A stretch of DNA of 64,000 bases from Acidobacteriota bacterium (GTDB lineage Bacteria > Acidobacteriota > Vicinamibacteria > Vicinamibacterales > SCN-69-37), in NCBI GenBank assembly GCA_044507065.1, contig JBIQJY010000002.1, positions 33,482-97,481 of the forward strand. Direction: 5' to 3'. The notes beneath the pieces are model-generated. The model did no database searches. It saw nothing but the letters and a program-made list of their open reading frames with translations, and was not told where the DNA came from. The position numbers were made by a program, and so were the translations under genes. The first letter of the stretch is position 1; each line of letters starts with the position of its first letter. Shown here one piece after another: positions 10,954 to 22,132 of the stretch.

Positions 10954-13389
10954 ATGAACGAGTCCAATCAGGTTCAATCCGGGACGACGGAACGCTCGTT
11001 TTCCGTCCCGAACGAGGTGCCGGTGCTCCCGCTCCGGGACACCGTCCTGTTTCCCAATTCCTTCATGCCGCTCGCCGTCGCGCGCGAGGCCTCGGTGGCC
11101 CTGATCGATGACGCCATCGCGAGCGCGAAGGTGATCGGTGTCTTCACGCAGCGCGATCCCGCGCTCGAGGACCCCGGCGAAGCCGATCTGCACGACGTCG
11201 GGACGCTGACGCACATCCACAAGATGTTCAAGCTGCCCGACGGCAGCCTGCGGCTGATCGTGCAGGGCCTGACGCGCCTGAAGCTCGAGCGGGTGGTGGA
11301 GACACGGCCGTACCTGCGCGCCGAGGTGAGCGAACTGCCTGACGCCATCGACGAAGCGGACACGCTCGAGATCGATGCGCTCGAACGCAACATCCGTGCG
11401 AACTTCACGCAGGTCGTGCAGCTCTCGCCGGTGCTGTCGGAAGACCTGACGGCGCTGGCGACCAACATCACCGACGTGGCCAGGCTGACCGACTTCGTGG
11501 CCTCGAGCCTCAGCACGATCGGGACGAGCACGCGCCAGGAACTGCTGGCCACCGCCGGCATCCGCGAGCGCATGGACCGGCTGAACCGCATCCTCACGAA
11601 GGAACTCGAGGTGCTGGAGCTGGGCTCGAAGATCCAGTCCCAGGTGCAGTCGGAGGTGGGCAAGGGCCAGCGCGAGTACTTCCTGCGCGAGCAGATGAAG
11701 GCCATCCAGAAGGAGCTCGGCGAAGGCGATGACCAGGCCCGGGAGCTCGACGAGCTGCGCGAGCGGATCGAGGCCGCCGGCATGCCCGAAGAGGTCCACA
11801 AGGAGGCCATGCGTGAGCTCGATCGGCTTGCCAAGATGCCCGCGGCGGCCGCCGAGTACACCGTGGCACGGACCTATATCGACTGGCTCGTGGCCGTGCC
11901 GTGGGAGAAGCGTACCGATGAGGTGATCGATCTCCCGAAGACCAAGGCCGTCCTCGACGCCGATCACTCCGGACTGGATCGCCTGAAGGATCGCATCCTC
12001 GAGTATCTCGCCGTGCGCAAGCTCAATCCCGATCTGAAGGGGCCGATCCTGTGCTTTGTCGGCCCCCCGGGCGTGGGCAAGACGTCGCTGGCCAAGTCGA
12101 TTGCCTCGGCGCTCGGCCGGAAGTTCGTACGTGTGTCGCTCGGCGGGATGCGCGACGAGGCCGAGATCCGTGGACACCGCCGGACGTACATCGGTGCGCT
12201 GCCGGGGCAGATCATCCAGGGCCTGCGGCGCGCCGAGTCGCGCAATCCGGTGTTCATCCTCGACGAGATCGACAAGCTCGGTTCGGACTTCCGGGGCGAT
12301 CCGGCGTCTGCGCTGCTCGAGGTGCTCGACCCGGAACAGAACAACACGTTCCGCGACCACTATCTGGACGTGCCGTTCGACCTGTCGGAGGTGCTCTTCA
12401 TCACGACGGCCAACGTGATGGACACGATCCCCGGTCCGCTGCGCGACCGGATGGAGGTGCTCCAGCTCGCCGGATATACGGGCGAGGAGAAGCTGACGAT
12501 TGCGCGCGATCACCTCGTGGCCCGGCAGATCGTCAACCATGGGCTCGCGCCCGAGCACGTCACCTTCACCGACGATGCGCTCCGGACGATCATCCACGGC
12601 TACACACGCGAGGCCGGCGTCCGGAACCTGGAGCGCGAGATTGGTTCGGTGGCCCGCAAGATTGCGCGCCGGCACGCCGAGGGCGACACCACCCCGGTGG
12701 AGGTCACCCCGGCCGTCGTCGAGGAACTGCTCGGCGCTCCGCGCTTCGTCGATGAAGAGATGCGCGATCGCACGCGCGATCCCGGCGTGGCCGTCGGGTT
12801 GGCGTGGACGCCTGTCGGCGGCGACGTCCTCTTCGTCGAGGCGTCGCGTATGCCCGGGGGCAGCCAGCTGACCATCACCGGCCAGCTTGGGGACGTGATG
12901 AAGGAGTCGGCGCGGATTGCCCTGTCGTGGTTCCGCGCCAACGCCGCCCGTTACGGTGTGGGCGCCACGTTCTACAAGGACGCGGAAATCCATCTGCACG
13001 TGCCGGCCGGTGCCATCCCCAAGGACGGGCCGTCGGCCGGGGTGACGATGGTGACAGCGCTGGCGTCGGCGCTGTCGGGGCGTCCCGTCCGGCGCGACGT
13101 GGCCATGACGGGCGAAATCACGCTGTCGGGTCGGGTCCTGCCCGTGGGCGGCATCAAGGAGAAGGTGCTGGCGGCCAAGCGGATGGGGATTCGCGAGCTC
13201 ATCCTGCCCAAACAGAACGAGCGCAACATGATGGAGGACCTCACGCCCGATCAGCGGGAGGGCCTCACCGTGCACTACGTCTCCGAGATGGATGAAGTGC
13301 TCGTGCTCGCGCTGCAGCCGGCGGCGCGCAAGTCCGACGGCCCGCGGCGCGACGGCCCGAACCCGCGGCCGCGATTCAGTCTCGCCTGA
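10954..13389 (+). CDS. lon: ATP-dependent Lon protease (endopeptidase La)
   Basis: 811 aa. LON N-domain ([12 protein letters not shown]), AAA+ Walker [10 protein letters not shown], Walker [10 protein letters not shown], and protease domain with catalytic [11 protein letters not shown] and [18 protein letters not shown]. Confidence 0.97.
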   Translation: MNESNQVQSGTTERSFSVPNEVPVLPLRDTVLFPNSFMPLAVAREASVALIDDAIASAKVIGVFTQRDPALEDPGEADLHDVGTLTHIHKMFKLPDGSLRLIVQGLTRLKLERVVETRPYLRAEVSELPDAIDEADTLEIDALERNIRANFTQVVQLSPVLSEDLTALATNITDVARLTDFVASSLSTIGTSTRQELLATAGIRERMDRLNRILTKELEVLELGSKIQSQVQSEVGKGQREYFLREQMKAIQKELGEGDDQARELDELRERIEAAGMPEEVHKEAMRELDRLAKMPAAAAEYTVARTYIDWLVAVPWEKRTDEVIDLPKTKAVLDADHSGLDRLKDRILEYLAVRKLNPDLKGPILCFVGPPGVGKTSLAKSIASALGRKFVRVSLGGMRDEAEIRGHRRTYIGALPGQIIQGLRRAESRNPVFILDEIDKLGSDFRGDPASALLEVLDPEQNNTFRDHYLDVPFDLSEVLFITTANVMDTIPGPLRDRMEVLQLAGYTGEEKLTIARDHLVARQIVNHGLAPEHVTFTDDALRTIIHGYTREAGVRNLEREIGSVARKIARRHAEGDTTPVEVTPAVVEELLGAPRFVDEEMRDRTRDPGVAVGLAWTPVGGDVLFVEASRMPGGSQLTITGQLGDVMKESARIALSWFRANAARYGVGATFYKDAEIHLHVPAGAIPKDGPSAGVTMVTALASALSGRPVRRDVAMTGEITLSGRVLPVGGIKEKVLAAKRMGIRELILPKQNERNMMEDLTPDQREGLTVHYVSEMDEVLVLALQPAARKSDGPRRDGPNPRPRFSLA

Positions 13390-13422
13390 TCCCGAATGGG
13401 CCTCCCGGGCGGTGGGCAGCGC

Positions 13423-13980
13423 CTACCGTCCGGGCCGCGGCAACCGCCCGGTGGCCATGCCCAGTCCGACGACGGTCTTCATGTCGATCACGTCGCCGCG
13501 TTCCACCATCGCCCACGCCTCGCGTAAACCAAGGGTCGCCACTTCGATCTGTTCGTCTGGGTCGTGCGCGCGCGGCCGTGCCGGTCGCATCAGATCACGA
13601 CACGCGTAGAAGGTCAGCTTTTCGTCGCAGAAACCTGGCGTCGGGTAGTACGCCGCCAGCCGCTCGAGCGTACGCGGCCGCCATCCGGTCTCTTCCTCGC
13701 ACTCACGACGTGCACCCCGTGCCGGCGTCTCGCCCGGTTCGAGCGATCCCGCCGGCAGCTCCCAGATCCACCGACCAATCACGTAGCGGAACTGGCGAAT
13801 CAGGATGACCTGCGTCCGCGTGGGTTGCGGAACGAGCACGATCGATCCCCGATGCCGGACAACGTCCATCGCCAGGGTCCGTTGCTGTCCGACATCCACG
13901 ACATCGCGTTCCACCGTGATGACGCGACCGCGGTAGACGGTGGTTCGGGACACGGACACGGGACGGCGCAATCGCGTCAT
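13423..13980 (-). CDS. NUDIX hydrolase (ADP-ribose pyrophosphatase-like)
   Basis: 185 aa with the Nudix box GSLEPGETPARGARRECEEETGW. The start overlaps the rluD stop (ATGA). Confidence 0.9.
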   Translation of the reverse strand: MTRLRRPVSVSRTTVYRGRVITVERDVVDVGQQRTLAMDVVRHRGSIVLVPQPTRTQVILIRQFRYVIGRWIWELPAGSLEPGETPARGARRECEEETGWRPRTLERLAAYYPTPGFCDEKLTFYACRDLMRPARPRAHDPDEQIEVATLGLREAWAMVERGDVIDMKTVVGLGMATGRLPRPGR

Positions 13981-14999
13981 GACGGGTCTCCCGCAGGGTC
14001 GTCGTGCCGCGAGGTGCCGACCGAGGCGGCGTCGCCACGGCCGGTTGTCCGGTGGCGGCGCAGCGCATCGACGATGGCCTGCAGGTCGCGCGGCAGCGGC
14101 GATTCGAATGCGACCGGGCGTCCGTCGCCGGGATGGGCGAAGGCCAGCCGACTCGCGTGCAGGAATGGGCGGTCGATCCGCACCAGTCCTGAGGGGATCG
14201 ACGGGTGTCGTCGACGTCCCGCGCTGTAGAGCGTGTCGCCGACGATGGGGTACCCGGCTTCACTCAGGTGCACGCGGATCTGGTGCGTGCGGCCCGAGCC
14301 GATGGTGACGTGGACGAGCGAGACCCCGTTGAGCGATTCCACCGTATCGACGCGCGTGAAGGCGGATCGGACGCGCCGTGCGCGGCTGGAGATCTTCTGC
14401 CGGTCCCGCGGATCGCGGCCGATCGGCTGCTCGAAGACCTGGCCCGGTTCCGGAAGCCCCCAGACCAGCGCCACGTAAACCTTGTGCACGGTGCGGTCGT
14501 GGAACTGCCGTGAGAGCGACTGGTGAGCTCGGTCGTGCTTGGCCACGACCATGACGCCCGACGTGCCGCGATCGAGCCGGTGCACGATCCCCGGGCGCGA
14601 CCGGCCTCCGATGCCGCTCAGGCCCTTGACGTGGTGGAGCAGGGCGTGCACGAGGGTTCCGGTCTGGTGGCCTGCGGCCGGATGCACCACCATCCCCGCC
14701 GGCTTCTCGACGACCACGATGTCGTCATCGTCGTAGAGGATCGACAGGGGGAGGTCCTCGGGTACCGGATCGATGGGCACCGGCGGCGGCAGGTCGACGT
14801 GGATCTCGAGGCCCGGCGTCACCAGTGTGCTGACCTTGGCGGCCCTGCCGCCAGCCGTCACGCGGCCCTCGCGAATCAGCGCCTGGACGCGCGACCGCGA
14901 GAGCCCGTCGAGGCGGGTGGTCAGGAAGACATCGATGCGGATTCCCTCGTCGCCGGCTTCAGCAACGAGGTGGACGGCGGTCGGGTCCGCTGCGGTCAT
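13977..14999 (-). CDS. rluD: RluA-family 23S rRNA pseudouridine synthase
   Basis: S4-like N-terminal region (IRIDVFL...SRSRVQALIREGRVTAGG). Catalytic core VVEKPAGMVVHP...GIVHRLDRGTSGVMVVAK...RTHQIRVHL. Start moved to MTAADPT (14999) so it no longer overlaps lgt. Confidence 0.9.
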   Translation of the reverse strand: MTAADPTAVHLVAEAGDEGIRIDVFLTTRLDGLSRSRVQALIREGRVTAGGRAAKVSTLVTPGLEIHVDLPPPVPIDPVPEDLPLSILYDDDDIVVVEKPAGMVVHPAAGHQTGTLVHALLHHVKGLSGIGGRSRPGIVHRLDRGTSGVMVVAKHDRAHQSLSRQFHDRTVHKVYVALVWGLPEPGQVFEQPIGRDPRDRQKISSRARRVRSAFTRVDTVESLNGVSLVHVTIGSGRTHQIRVHLSEAGYPIVGDTLYSAGRRRHPSIPSGLVRIDRPFLHASRLAFAHPGDGRPVAFESPLPRDLQAIVDALRRHRTTGRGDAASVGTSRHDDPAGDPS

Positions 15000-15015
15000 G
15001 CCCGGTGGCGGCGCA

Positions 15016-15798
15016 CTAGCGCGCGACCCTCGTCCCGCGCGAGCGCAGCCAGGCCAGCATCGCCACGGCCAGCGGTACGGCAATCACCGAGATGAACTGC
15101 GACGTGGACAGCCCCATGATCGCCCCGCGTTCGTCGCCGCGGTAGAACTCGATGATGAACCGCGACACGCCGTAGAGCAGGATGTAGAGCCAGAAGGTCC
15201 GCCCGGCGAAGGTCCTGCCGCGGCGTTCGGTGGCGAGCAGCAGCACCATGATCAGCAGCTCCGCCCCGGCGTCGTACAGCTGTGTCGGATGCAGCGGGAT
15301 GCCGAGCGGTGTACCGACATTGGCGGCCGCGGCGGGGTCGGTGAACGTGATCGCCCACGGCACGTCGGTGGGCCGGCCGTAACAGCAGCCGGCAAGCAGG
15401 CAGCCGAACCGACCGATGACGTGGCCGAGCGCGATGCCGGGCGCGAACAGGTCGGCCGTGGTCCACATCGAGAGGCCGTAGCGGCGGACCAGCCAGAGCG
15501 CCACTGCGACGGCCGCGATCAGTCCGCCGTAGAACACGCCGCCGGCCCTGAACAGCGACAGAATCTCGCGTGGCTGCGCCAGGTAGTAGTTGAAGTCGAC
15601 CACCACGAGCATCAGCTTCGCCCCGACGAGCGCCGCGATGATCAGGTAGATCCCGAGATCCATGACGCGCGCCCCGTCGATGCCCTGCCGGCGCGCGCGC
15701 ACCACGGCAAGCTGGAGCGCTGCCAGGTAGGCGACCGCGAGCAGGACGCCGTAGGAGTAGACCGGCCAATCGCCCAGTTCAAACAGGATGGGAAACAT
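15016..15798 (-). CDS. lgt: prolipoprotein diacylglyceryl transferase
   Basis: 260 aa with YGVLLAVAYL...GGLIAA..., IGRFGCLLAGCCYGRPT and HPTQLY motifs. Confidence 0.95.
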   Translation of the reverse strand: MFPILFELGDWPVYSYGVLLAVAYLAALQLAVVRARRQGIDGARVMDLGIYLIIAALVGAKLMLVVVDFNYYLAQPREILSLFRAGGVFYGGLIAAVAVALWLVRRYGLSMWTTADLFAPGIALGHVIGRFGCLLAGCCYGRPTDVPWAITFTDPAAAANVGTPLGIPLHPTQLYDAGAELLIMVLLLATERRGRTFAGRTFWLYILLYGVSRFIIEFYRGDERGAIMGLSTSQFISVIAVPLAVAMLAWLRSRGTRVAR

Positions 15799-16339
15799 TG
15801 CGGCTCGGGAAGATGAGTTCGGCGAAAATCAGCACCGCGCCGCAGGTAATGGCGGCGTCGGCAACGTTGAACGCCCAGAAGTGCCAGCTGCCCCGGTAAA
15901 CGTCCACGAAGTCCACGACGTGGCCGATGCGGAACCGGTCGATCAGATTGCCGACCGCGCCCCCGAGGATGAGCGACAGGCCCGCACGCGCCAGGCGCTC
16001 GTCCGGCCGCATCTGCCTCGAGTAGTACACGATGCCGGCCAGCGCTGCCAGTGCCAGGCCCGTCGTGAACGTGCTGCGCCACGGGTGATCGACGTCGTTC
16101 ATCAGGCCGAAAGCCACGCCGGCGTTGTGGATGTGGACGAGATCGAGCAGGCCCGGGATGACTGTCACCGACCCGTACACCGGGACGAAGTGCTGGACGA
16201 GTGCCTTCGATGCCTGATCGAGGACGATGATGGCCGCGATGAGCCACCAGGCGAGCGACCCGCGCGGCCGTGTCGCTGCCGGAGCGGAAGGAGCGGCCAT
16301 CGGGCCGTCGACGCGGCCCGGCTCCGTCTCAGGCGGCAT
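15779..16339 (-). CDS. lspA: lipoprotein signal peptidase (signal peptidase II)
   Basis: 186 aa with [32 protein letters not shown] and FNVADAAI motifs. The start is uncertain (alternative Met at 16300). Confidence 0.9.
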   Translation of the reverse strand: MPPETEPGRVDGPMAAPSAPAATRPRGSLAWWLIAAIIVLDQASKALVQHFVPVYGSVTVIPGLLDLVHIHNAGVAFGLMNDVDHPWRSTFTTGLALAALAGIVYYSRQMRPDERLARAGLSLILGGAVGNLIDRFRIGHVVDFVDVYRGSWHFWAFNVADAAITCGAVLIFAELIFPSRNVSHPV

Positions 16340-19091
16340 CGGGCGCTTTCATGGCGTCCGCGCACCGATCACACGTGCCGGCCGTGGTGATGGCGCCAAC
16401 GATGCGCCAGCAGCGCGGGCACTTCTCGCCTTCGGCCCGCGCCACTTCCACCCTCAGGTCCCCCGTCCCGGCGTCGATCGTCACCGCCGACGTGATGAAC
16501 AGCATGGGCAGGTCGTCGCGATACCGACCCAGCAGGACGCTGTCGTCGCCCGTCGCGTGAATGGTCACGTGCGCGGCCAGCGCGCTCCCGATCTCCTTGC
16601 GCTGCCTGGCGCCCTCGAGGGCCTGGTTGACCGCGGCCCGAATCGTGAGCAGCCTGTTCCACCGCCCGTCGAGGTCCGCATCGGCCCAATCCTGGATTGA
16701 GCGCGCCGGGAACCGGGCCAGGTGAACCGTCTCCTCACGCGTGCCGGGCAGTGAGCGCCAGACCTCGTCGGTGGTGACGGAGAGGATGGGGGCGAGCAGC
16801 CGCGTCAGCGCGTCGGCGATGAGATAGCAGGCGGTCTGGGCGGATCGCCGTTCCACCGAATCGGCACGGAACGTGTAGAGGCGGTCCTTCGACACGTCGG
16901 CGTGGAAGGCGCTCACGTCCACCGTGACGAACTCGTTGACGGCGTGAAAGATCGCCTGGAAGTCGTAGTCGGTGTAGGCCTGCTCGATGCCGGCCGACAG
17001 GGCCGCGAGCCGGGACAGGACGAAGCGATCCACCTCGAGCATCTTCCCGCGCGGCACCGTGTGCTCGGCCGGGTCGAAGTCGTACAGGTTCGACAGGAGA
17101 TAGCGGAAGGTGTTGCGGATCTTGCGATAGGCCTCGACCGTACGGGCGATCACGGACTTGCCGAGGCGGACCTCATCGCGGTAGTCCACCATCGAGACCC
17201 ACAAGCGCAGCACTTCGGCGCCGTGCTCCTGGATGACCTGCTGCGGCACGACGGTGTTGCCGAGCGACTTCGACATCTTCCGTCCGCGTTCGTCGACGAC
17301 GAAGCCGTGCGTGAGCACGCCGTGGTAGGGCGCCTTGTCGCGCGTCCCGATCGCGACGAGCATCGACGACTGGAACCAGCCGCGATACTGATCGGTGCCT
17401 TCGAGATACAGGTCGGCCGGCCAGGTCAGGTGCGGCCGCTTGGCCAGGACGGCTTCGTGGCTGCAGCCGGAATCGAACCACACGTCGAGGATGTCGCGTT
17501 CGCGCTCGAACGTCCCGCCGCCGCACGACTCGCACACGAGACCGTCGGGGACGAACGTCCCGGTCGGCTGCTCGTACCACGCGTCGGCCGAATCGGCCTC
17601 GAAGACGTCGGCCGCGCGCGACAGGATCGCGGGTGTCAGCATCGAGTGCCCGCACCCCGTGCACATCAGGGCGGGAATGGGGACGCCCCACGCACGCTGC
17701 CGCGAGATGCACCAGTCGGGTCGGTTGACGAACATGCCCGTCATCCGTTCGCGGCCCCATGCCGGGTGCCACCGGACCGCGTTGGCCTCGGCAACCGCCG
17801 GCTCGCGCAACGCATCCATGCTGATGAACCACTGCGGCGTGGCCAGGAAGATGACCGGCTGGTGGCAGCGCCAGCAGTGCGGATAGGCATGTTCGACATC
17901 CGACCGCGCGAACAATCGGCCGCGTTCGGCCAGCGCGGCTTCGACGACCGGGTTCGCGTCGAACACCTTCATGCCGGCGACGATGCCGACGTCCGGAAGA
18001 AACCGCCCGTCGTTGCCGATGGGCGCGTAGACGTCGAGGCCGTATCGCTGGCCCGTGACGAAGTCGTCGGCCCCGTGACCCGGCGCCGTATGGACGACCC
18101 CCGTGCCCTGCTCGAGCGTGACGTAGCCGGCCAGGACGCCGAGCGACTCGCGTTCGTAGAGCGGGTGCGTGAACGTCAGCCGTTCCAGCTGTTCGCCCTT
18201 GAACGAGGCCACCGGCGCGGCAAAGGTGCGTCCGGTACCCGTCGTCACCGCGTCGGCCATTCGCTCCGCGATGATGATGGTGCGGCCATCGACGTCATAC
18301 GCCGCGTAGGTGAAGTCGGGGTGGAACGCCACGGCCAGGTTTGCCGGGATGGTCCACGGTGTCGTCGTCCAGATGAGGACCGAGAGGCGGCGGCCCGAAA
18401 GGGCCGGGTGCTCTGCGGTGAGCCGGCTCGCGGACTCGGCGGTCAGGTCGAACTCGACGTAGATCGATGGCGAGGTATGCGATTCGTACTCCACCTCGGC
18501 TTCGGCCAGCGCGGTCCGATCGCGCAGGCACCAGTACACGGGCTTCCTGCCCTTGTACACGAGCCCACGGCCGACGATCGCGCCGAGCGACCGGACGATC
18601 TGCGCCTGGTAGGCGGGCGTCATCGTCAGGTACGGATCAGCCCAGTCGCCGAGGATGCCGAGGCGCTTGAAGTCGTCGCGCTGCGAATCGACGAACCGGG
18701 CGGCGTACTCGCGGCAGGCGCGGCGGAAGTCGACCGGCGATCGATCCTTGGCGGCCGGGCCCAGCTCCTTCTCGACGTTGAGCTCGATGGGCAGGCCGTG
18801 GCAATCCCAGCCGGGCACATACGGCGCGTCATAGTCGGCCATCGTGCGCGACTTGACGATCATGTCCTTCAGCACCTTGTTGAGCGCGTGGCCGATGTGG
18901 ATCTGGCCGTTGGCATAGGGCGGGCCGTCGTGCAGGACGAACTTCGGACGTCCTTTCCGGCTTTCCCTGATGCGACGATAGAGATCCATGGCCTCCCATC
19001 GGGCGATTGCTGCGGGCTCGGCGGCCGGCAGGTTCGCCTTCATGGGGAACGCCGTGCGGGGCAGGTTGAGTGTGTCTTTCCAGTCGGACAT
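16329..19091 (-). CDS. ileS: isoleucine--tRNA ligase
   Basis: 920 aa class I aaRS with HIGH-type [12 protein letters not shown] and KMSKS, a CP1 editing domain, and a C-terminal Zn-ribbon (CPRC...CDRC). Confidence 0.97.
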   Translation of the reverse strand: MSDWKDTLNLPRTAFPMKANLPAAEPAAIARWEAMDLYRRIRESRKGRPKFVLHDGPPYANGQIHIGHALNKVLKDMIVKSRTMADYDAPYVPGWDCHGLPIELNVEKELGPAAKDRSPVDFRRACREYAARFVDSQRDDFKRLGILGDWADPYLTMTPAYQAQIVRSLGAIVGRGLVYKGRKPVYWCLRDRTALAEAEVEYESHTSPSIYVEFDLTAESASRLTAEHPALSGRRLSVLIWTTTPWTIPANLAVAFHPDFTYAAYDVDGRTIIIAERMADAVTTGTGRTFAAPVASFKGEQLERLTFTHPLYERESLGVLAGYVTLEQGTGVVHTAPGHGADDFVTGQRYGLDVYAPIGNDGRFLPDVGIVAGMKVFDANPVVEAALAERGRLFARSDVEHAYPHCWRCHQPVIFLATPQWFISMDALREPAVAEANAVRWHPAWGRERMTGMFVNRPDWCISRQRAWGVPIPALMCTGCGHSMLTPAILSRAADVFEADSADAWYEQPTGTFVPDGLVCESCGGGTFERERDILDVWFDSGCSHEAVLAKRPHLTWPADLYLEGTDQYRGWFQSSMLVAIGTRDKAPYHGVLTHGFVVDERGRKMSKSLGNTVVPQQVIQEHGAEVLRLWVSMVDYRDEVRLGKSVIARTVEAYRKIRNTFRYLLSNLYDFDPAEHTVPRGKMLEVDRFVLSRLAALSAGIEQAYTDYDFQAIFHAVNEFVTVDVSAFHADVSKDRLYTFRADSVERRSAQTACYLIADALTRLLAPILSVTTDEVWRSLPGTREETVHLARFPARSIQDWADADLDGRWNRLLTIRAAVNQALEGARQRKEIGSALAAHVTIHATGDDSVLLGRYRDDLPMLFITSAVTIDAGTGDLRVEVARAEGEKCPRCWRIVGAITTAGTCDRCADAMKAPDAA

Positions 19092-19113
19092 GATGGGGCC
19101 GAAACCCTCATTC

Positions 19114-19119
19114 TATAAT
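19114..19119 (+). promoter_or_regulatory. -10 box placed for a leaderless HAD-hydrolase mRNA
   Basis: Consensus TATAAT ends 7 nt before the GTG start at 19127. There is no SD in between. Confidence 0.4.
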
Positions 19120-19126
19120 CGACACG

Positions 19127-19810
19127 GTGGTTACGACCGAGGCGGTCTTCTTCGACGTCGATTTCACGCTCATCGAGCCCGGCCGCCGGTTCCAGGGGGC
19201 CGGCTATTTCGAGACCTGCGCCCGGCACGGCGTCACGGTCGATGCCTCGCGATTCGACGAGGCCGTGGCGGGTGCCGCCAGCCTGCTGCACTGCGCCGAT
19301 TCACTCTACAGTCACGAACTCTTCGTGCGCTACACCGCGCGCATCATCGAGCTGATGGGCGGCGCCTCGCCCGAGGTCGACACGGTGGCGCGCGAACTGT
19401 TCGAGGCCTGGGCGGATCACGCGCATTTCGAGCTGTATGACGACGCCCGTGACACGCTGGTGGACCTGGCCGGGCGCGGCGTCCGGATTGGCCTGATTTC
19501 GAATTCCCATCGGTGCCTGACGTCGTTTCAGGCCCACTTCGGACTGGAAGGGCTGGTTTCGACGACGGTGTCATCCGCCGAACTCGGCTACCTGAAACCG
19601 CATCCCAGGATCTTCCAGGCGGCGATGGACCGGCTGGGTGTTACTCCCGACAATGCCGTCATGGTGGGCGACAGCCTGGCGCACGATGTGGCGGGCGCGC
19701 GCGCCGTCGGCATGCGCGGCGTCCTGATTGCGCGCCGCGGATCGGCGTCGACCGATGCCGACGTTCCCGTCATCAGCTCGCTGCGCGAGCTTCCGGCCCT
19801 GCTGTTCTGA
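19127..19810 (+). CDS. HAD-family hydrolase
   Basis: 227 aa. Motif I FFDVDFTLI, motif II LISNS, motif IV VGDSLAHDVAGA. GTG start. Confidence 0.85.
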   Translation: MVTTEAVFFDVDFTLIEPGRRFQGAGYFETCARHGVTVDASRFDEAVAGAASLLHCADSLYSHELFVRYTARIIELMGGASPEVDTVARELFEAWADHAHFELYDDARDTLVDLAGRGVRIGLISNSHRCLTSFQAHFGLEGLVSTTVSSAELGYLKPHPRIFQAAMDRLGVTPDNAVMVGDSLAHDVAGARAVGMRGVLIARRGSASTDADVPVISSLRELPALLF

Positions 19811-19816
19811 GGCGCG

Positions 19817-20158
19817 TCAGCCCGGCGGCCAGGCCATGCTGCGGCCGCCGATCACGTGCAGGTGCAGGTGGAAGACGGTCTGGCCCGCATCCCGGTTGCA
19901 GTTGAAGACCGTCCGGAACCCGCGCTCGGCGTGACCACGATCGGCCGCCAGCGCCGCCGCCGTCCTGACCATTTCACCCACGAGCGCGTCGTGCTGCGGC
20001 GCGAGCGCGTTGAGCGTTGCGACGTGTTGCTTCGGGACGATCAGCACGTGCATGGGAGCAACCGGGGCGATGTCGTCGAAGGCCACCAGCCGCTCGTTCT
20101 CGAAGACCTTCGAGGCGGGAACCTCGCCTGCGACGATGCGGCAGAACAGGCAATCCAT
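19817..20158 (-). CDS. HIT-family (histidine triad) nucleotide hydrolase
   Basis: Start moved to MDCLFCRIVAGEVPASKVFE. Histidine triad QTVFHLHLHVIGG. Confidence 0.9.
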   Translation of the reverse strand: MDCLFCRIVAGEVPASKVFENERLVAFDDIAPVAPMHVLIVPKQHVATLNALAPQHDALVGEMVRTAAALAADRGHAERGFRTVFNCNRDAGQTVFHLHLHVIGGRSMAWPPG

Positions 20159-20165
20159 GCCGGGA

Positions 20166-21032
20166 TTATACGGACTCCGCCGGCCGGACGGTTTCGACGA
20201 CGCGGATGATGCCGGCGAGGTCGTGATGCAGGGCAGGCGGCGCGAATCCGGCCGCGCGCGCCAGGTCCGACACCGCGTCGGCCTGACCGGCGCCAATCTC
20301 CACGATGAGCGCCCCGCCCGGACGCAGCGCGCCGTAGGCGGCCGGCAGGAGCTGTGCAATGACCCGGAGGCCGTCGCCGCCGCCGAACAGGGCCAGCGAC
20401 GGCTCGTAATCGCGCACGTCGGGCATGAGATCCACGCGGTCGGCCTCGGGGACGTAGGGCGGGTTGCTGACGATCAGGTCGAAGCCCGTGGCGGCCCCGG
20501 TGAGCGACGCGCGCTCGAAGGTGATGCGCGCGGCGACGCCGTGCCGCGCGGCGTTACCGGCGGCGATGGCAATGGCGTCGGCGGACAGGTCCGTGGCAAG
20601 CAGCCGCAGGCCGGCGCGTTCGGCTGCCAGGGTCACGGCAATACATCCGCTGCCCGTGCCGACATCGGCAATCCGCAGCCTTGTCGGCTCGGCCGTCGCG
20701 TCGATGAAGGCGAGCGCGCGCTCGACGACCAGCTCGGTTTCCGGGCGCGGGATCAGGACGGCCGGCGTGACCTGGAACGGACGTCCGTAGAATTCCTTTT
20801 CACCGAGCAGATAGGCGACCGGTTCACCCTCCGCCCGCCTGGCCACCAGCTCGCCCAGTTGCGCAACCACGGTGGTGGGAACGATCTCACCCTGACGCGC
20901 GAGCCAGTCGGCCGTGTCCCAGCCCTGCAGGTGCCTGAGCAGGACAGCCACGTCGCGACGGGCGTCCTCCCTGTCGCGGCCGGCCTGGACGAGTACCGCG
21001 GCGGCCTGGCGCGCGCACTCGACGACCGTCAT
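20166..21032 (-). CDS. prmC: release-factor glutamine N5-methyltransferase
   Basis: 288 aa with SAM motif ADVGTGSGCIA and catalytic NPPY (IVSNPPYVP). It lies immediately downstream of prfA. Confidence 0.92.
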   Translation of the reverse strand: MTVVECARQAAAVLVQAGRDREDARRDVAVLLRHLQGWDTADWLARQGEIVPTTVVAQLGELVARRAEGEPVAYLLGEKEFYGRPFQVTPAVLIPRPETELVVERALAFIDATAEPTRLRIADVGTGSGCIAVTLAAERAGLRLLATDLSADAIAIAAGNAARHGVAARITFERASLTGAATGFDLIVSNPPYVPEADRVDLMPDVRDYEPSLALFGGGDGLRVIAQLLPAAYGALRPGGALIVEIGAGQADAVSDLARAAGFAPPALHHDLAGIIRVVETVRPAESV

Positions 21033-21034
21033 GG

Positions 21035-22132
21035 TCAGTGAATGGCGGCGTCCGACTCGGTGGCCTGCCGCAGCTTCTCGGATTGCGCGTGCGCCTCGAG
21101 TTCGCCCACCAGTTCGTCGAGATTGCCGTCGAGCACGTCGTCGAGCTGATGGATCGTGAAGTTGATGCGATGGTCGGTGATGCGGTTTTCCTTGAAGTTG
21201 TAGGTGCGGATCTTCTCGGACCGGTCGCCCGACCCGACCTGCCCGCGCCGGTCCTTCGCGATGGCCTCCTGCTGCTTGCGCAGTTCGAGCTCGTAGAGGC
21301 GCGCGCGCAGCACTTTCATGGCTTTCTGCCGGTTCTTGATCTGCGACTTCTCATCCTGCTGCGACACCACCGTGTTGGTGGGGAGGTGCGTGATGCGCAC
21401 GGCCGAGTAGGTCGTGTTGACGCTCTGGCCCCCCGGTCCGCTCGAGCAGAACGTGTCGATGCGCAGGTCCTTCGGCTCGATCTGGACGTCGACGTCCTCG
21501 GCCTCGGGCAACACGCTCACCGTCGCGGTCGACGTGTGGATGCGGCCGCTCGCCTCGGTGACCGGAACGCGCTGCACGCGGTGCACGCCGCCTTCCTGCT
21601 TCAGCCGGCGATAGACGCCCTTGCCCTCGATGGCGGCCACCACTTCCTTCAACCCGCCGACGCCGGTGTCGTTCATCGACATGACGTCGACCTTCCAGCC
21701 CTGACGCTCGGCGAACCGCGTGTACATCCGGAAGAGGTCCGCCGCGAACAGCGCCGCTTCGTCGCCGCCGGTGCCCGCTCGAATCTCGATCATGACGTTC
21801 CGGTCGTCGTTCGGATCCCTCGGGATGAGGAGCACCCGAAGGCGATCCTCGAGCGCGGCAAGCTGCGCCTCGATACTCTCGACTTCATCGGCCGCCAGTG
21901 CCCGCAGTTCGGCGTCGCCGCTCGCAGCCATGTCCCGTGCGTCGTCCAGGTCGCGCGTTCGCTGCTGATAGTCGCGGAAGCAGTCGACAAGGTCCTGCAT
22001 TTCCGCGATGGCCTTGGAGTGCGTGCGATAGGCGTTGGCGTCGGCCTGCACGGCTGGATCGCTGACCAGTTGCGTGAGCTCGTCGTAGCGCGAGGCGATG
22101 GCCCGGAGTTTGTCGAACACCTGCGGTGTCAT
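21035..22132 (-). CDS. prfA: peptide chain release factor 1
   Basis: 365 aa. GGQ motif SGPGGQSVNTT and an RF1-type P-x-T codon-recognition loop (RVPVTEASGRIHTS). Confidence 0.97.
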   Translation of the reverse strand: MTPQVFDKLRAIASRYDELTQLVSDPAVQADANAYRTHSKAIAEMQDLVDCFRDYQQRTRDLDDARDMAASGDAELRALAADEVESIEAQLAALEDRLRVLLIPRDPNDDRNVMIEIRAGTGGDEAALFAADLFRMYTRFAERQGWKVDVMSMNDTGVGGLKEVVAAIEGKGVYRRLKQEGGVHRVQRVPVTEASGRIHTSTATVSVLPEAEDVDVQIEPKDLRIDTFCSSGPGGQSVNTTYSAVRITHLPTNTVVSQQDEKSQIKNRQKAMKVLRARLYELELRKQQEAIAKDRRGQVGSGDRSEKIRTYNFKENRITDHRINFTIHQLDDVLDGNLDELVGELEAHAQSEKLRQATESDAAIH

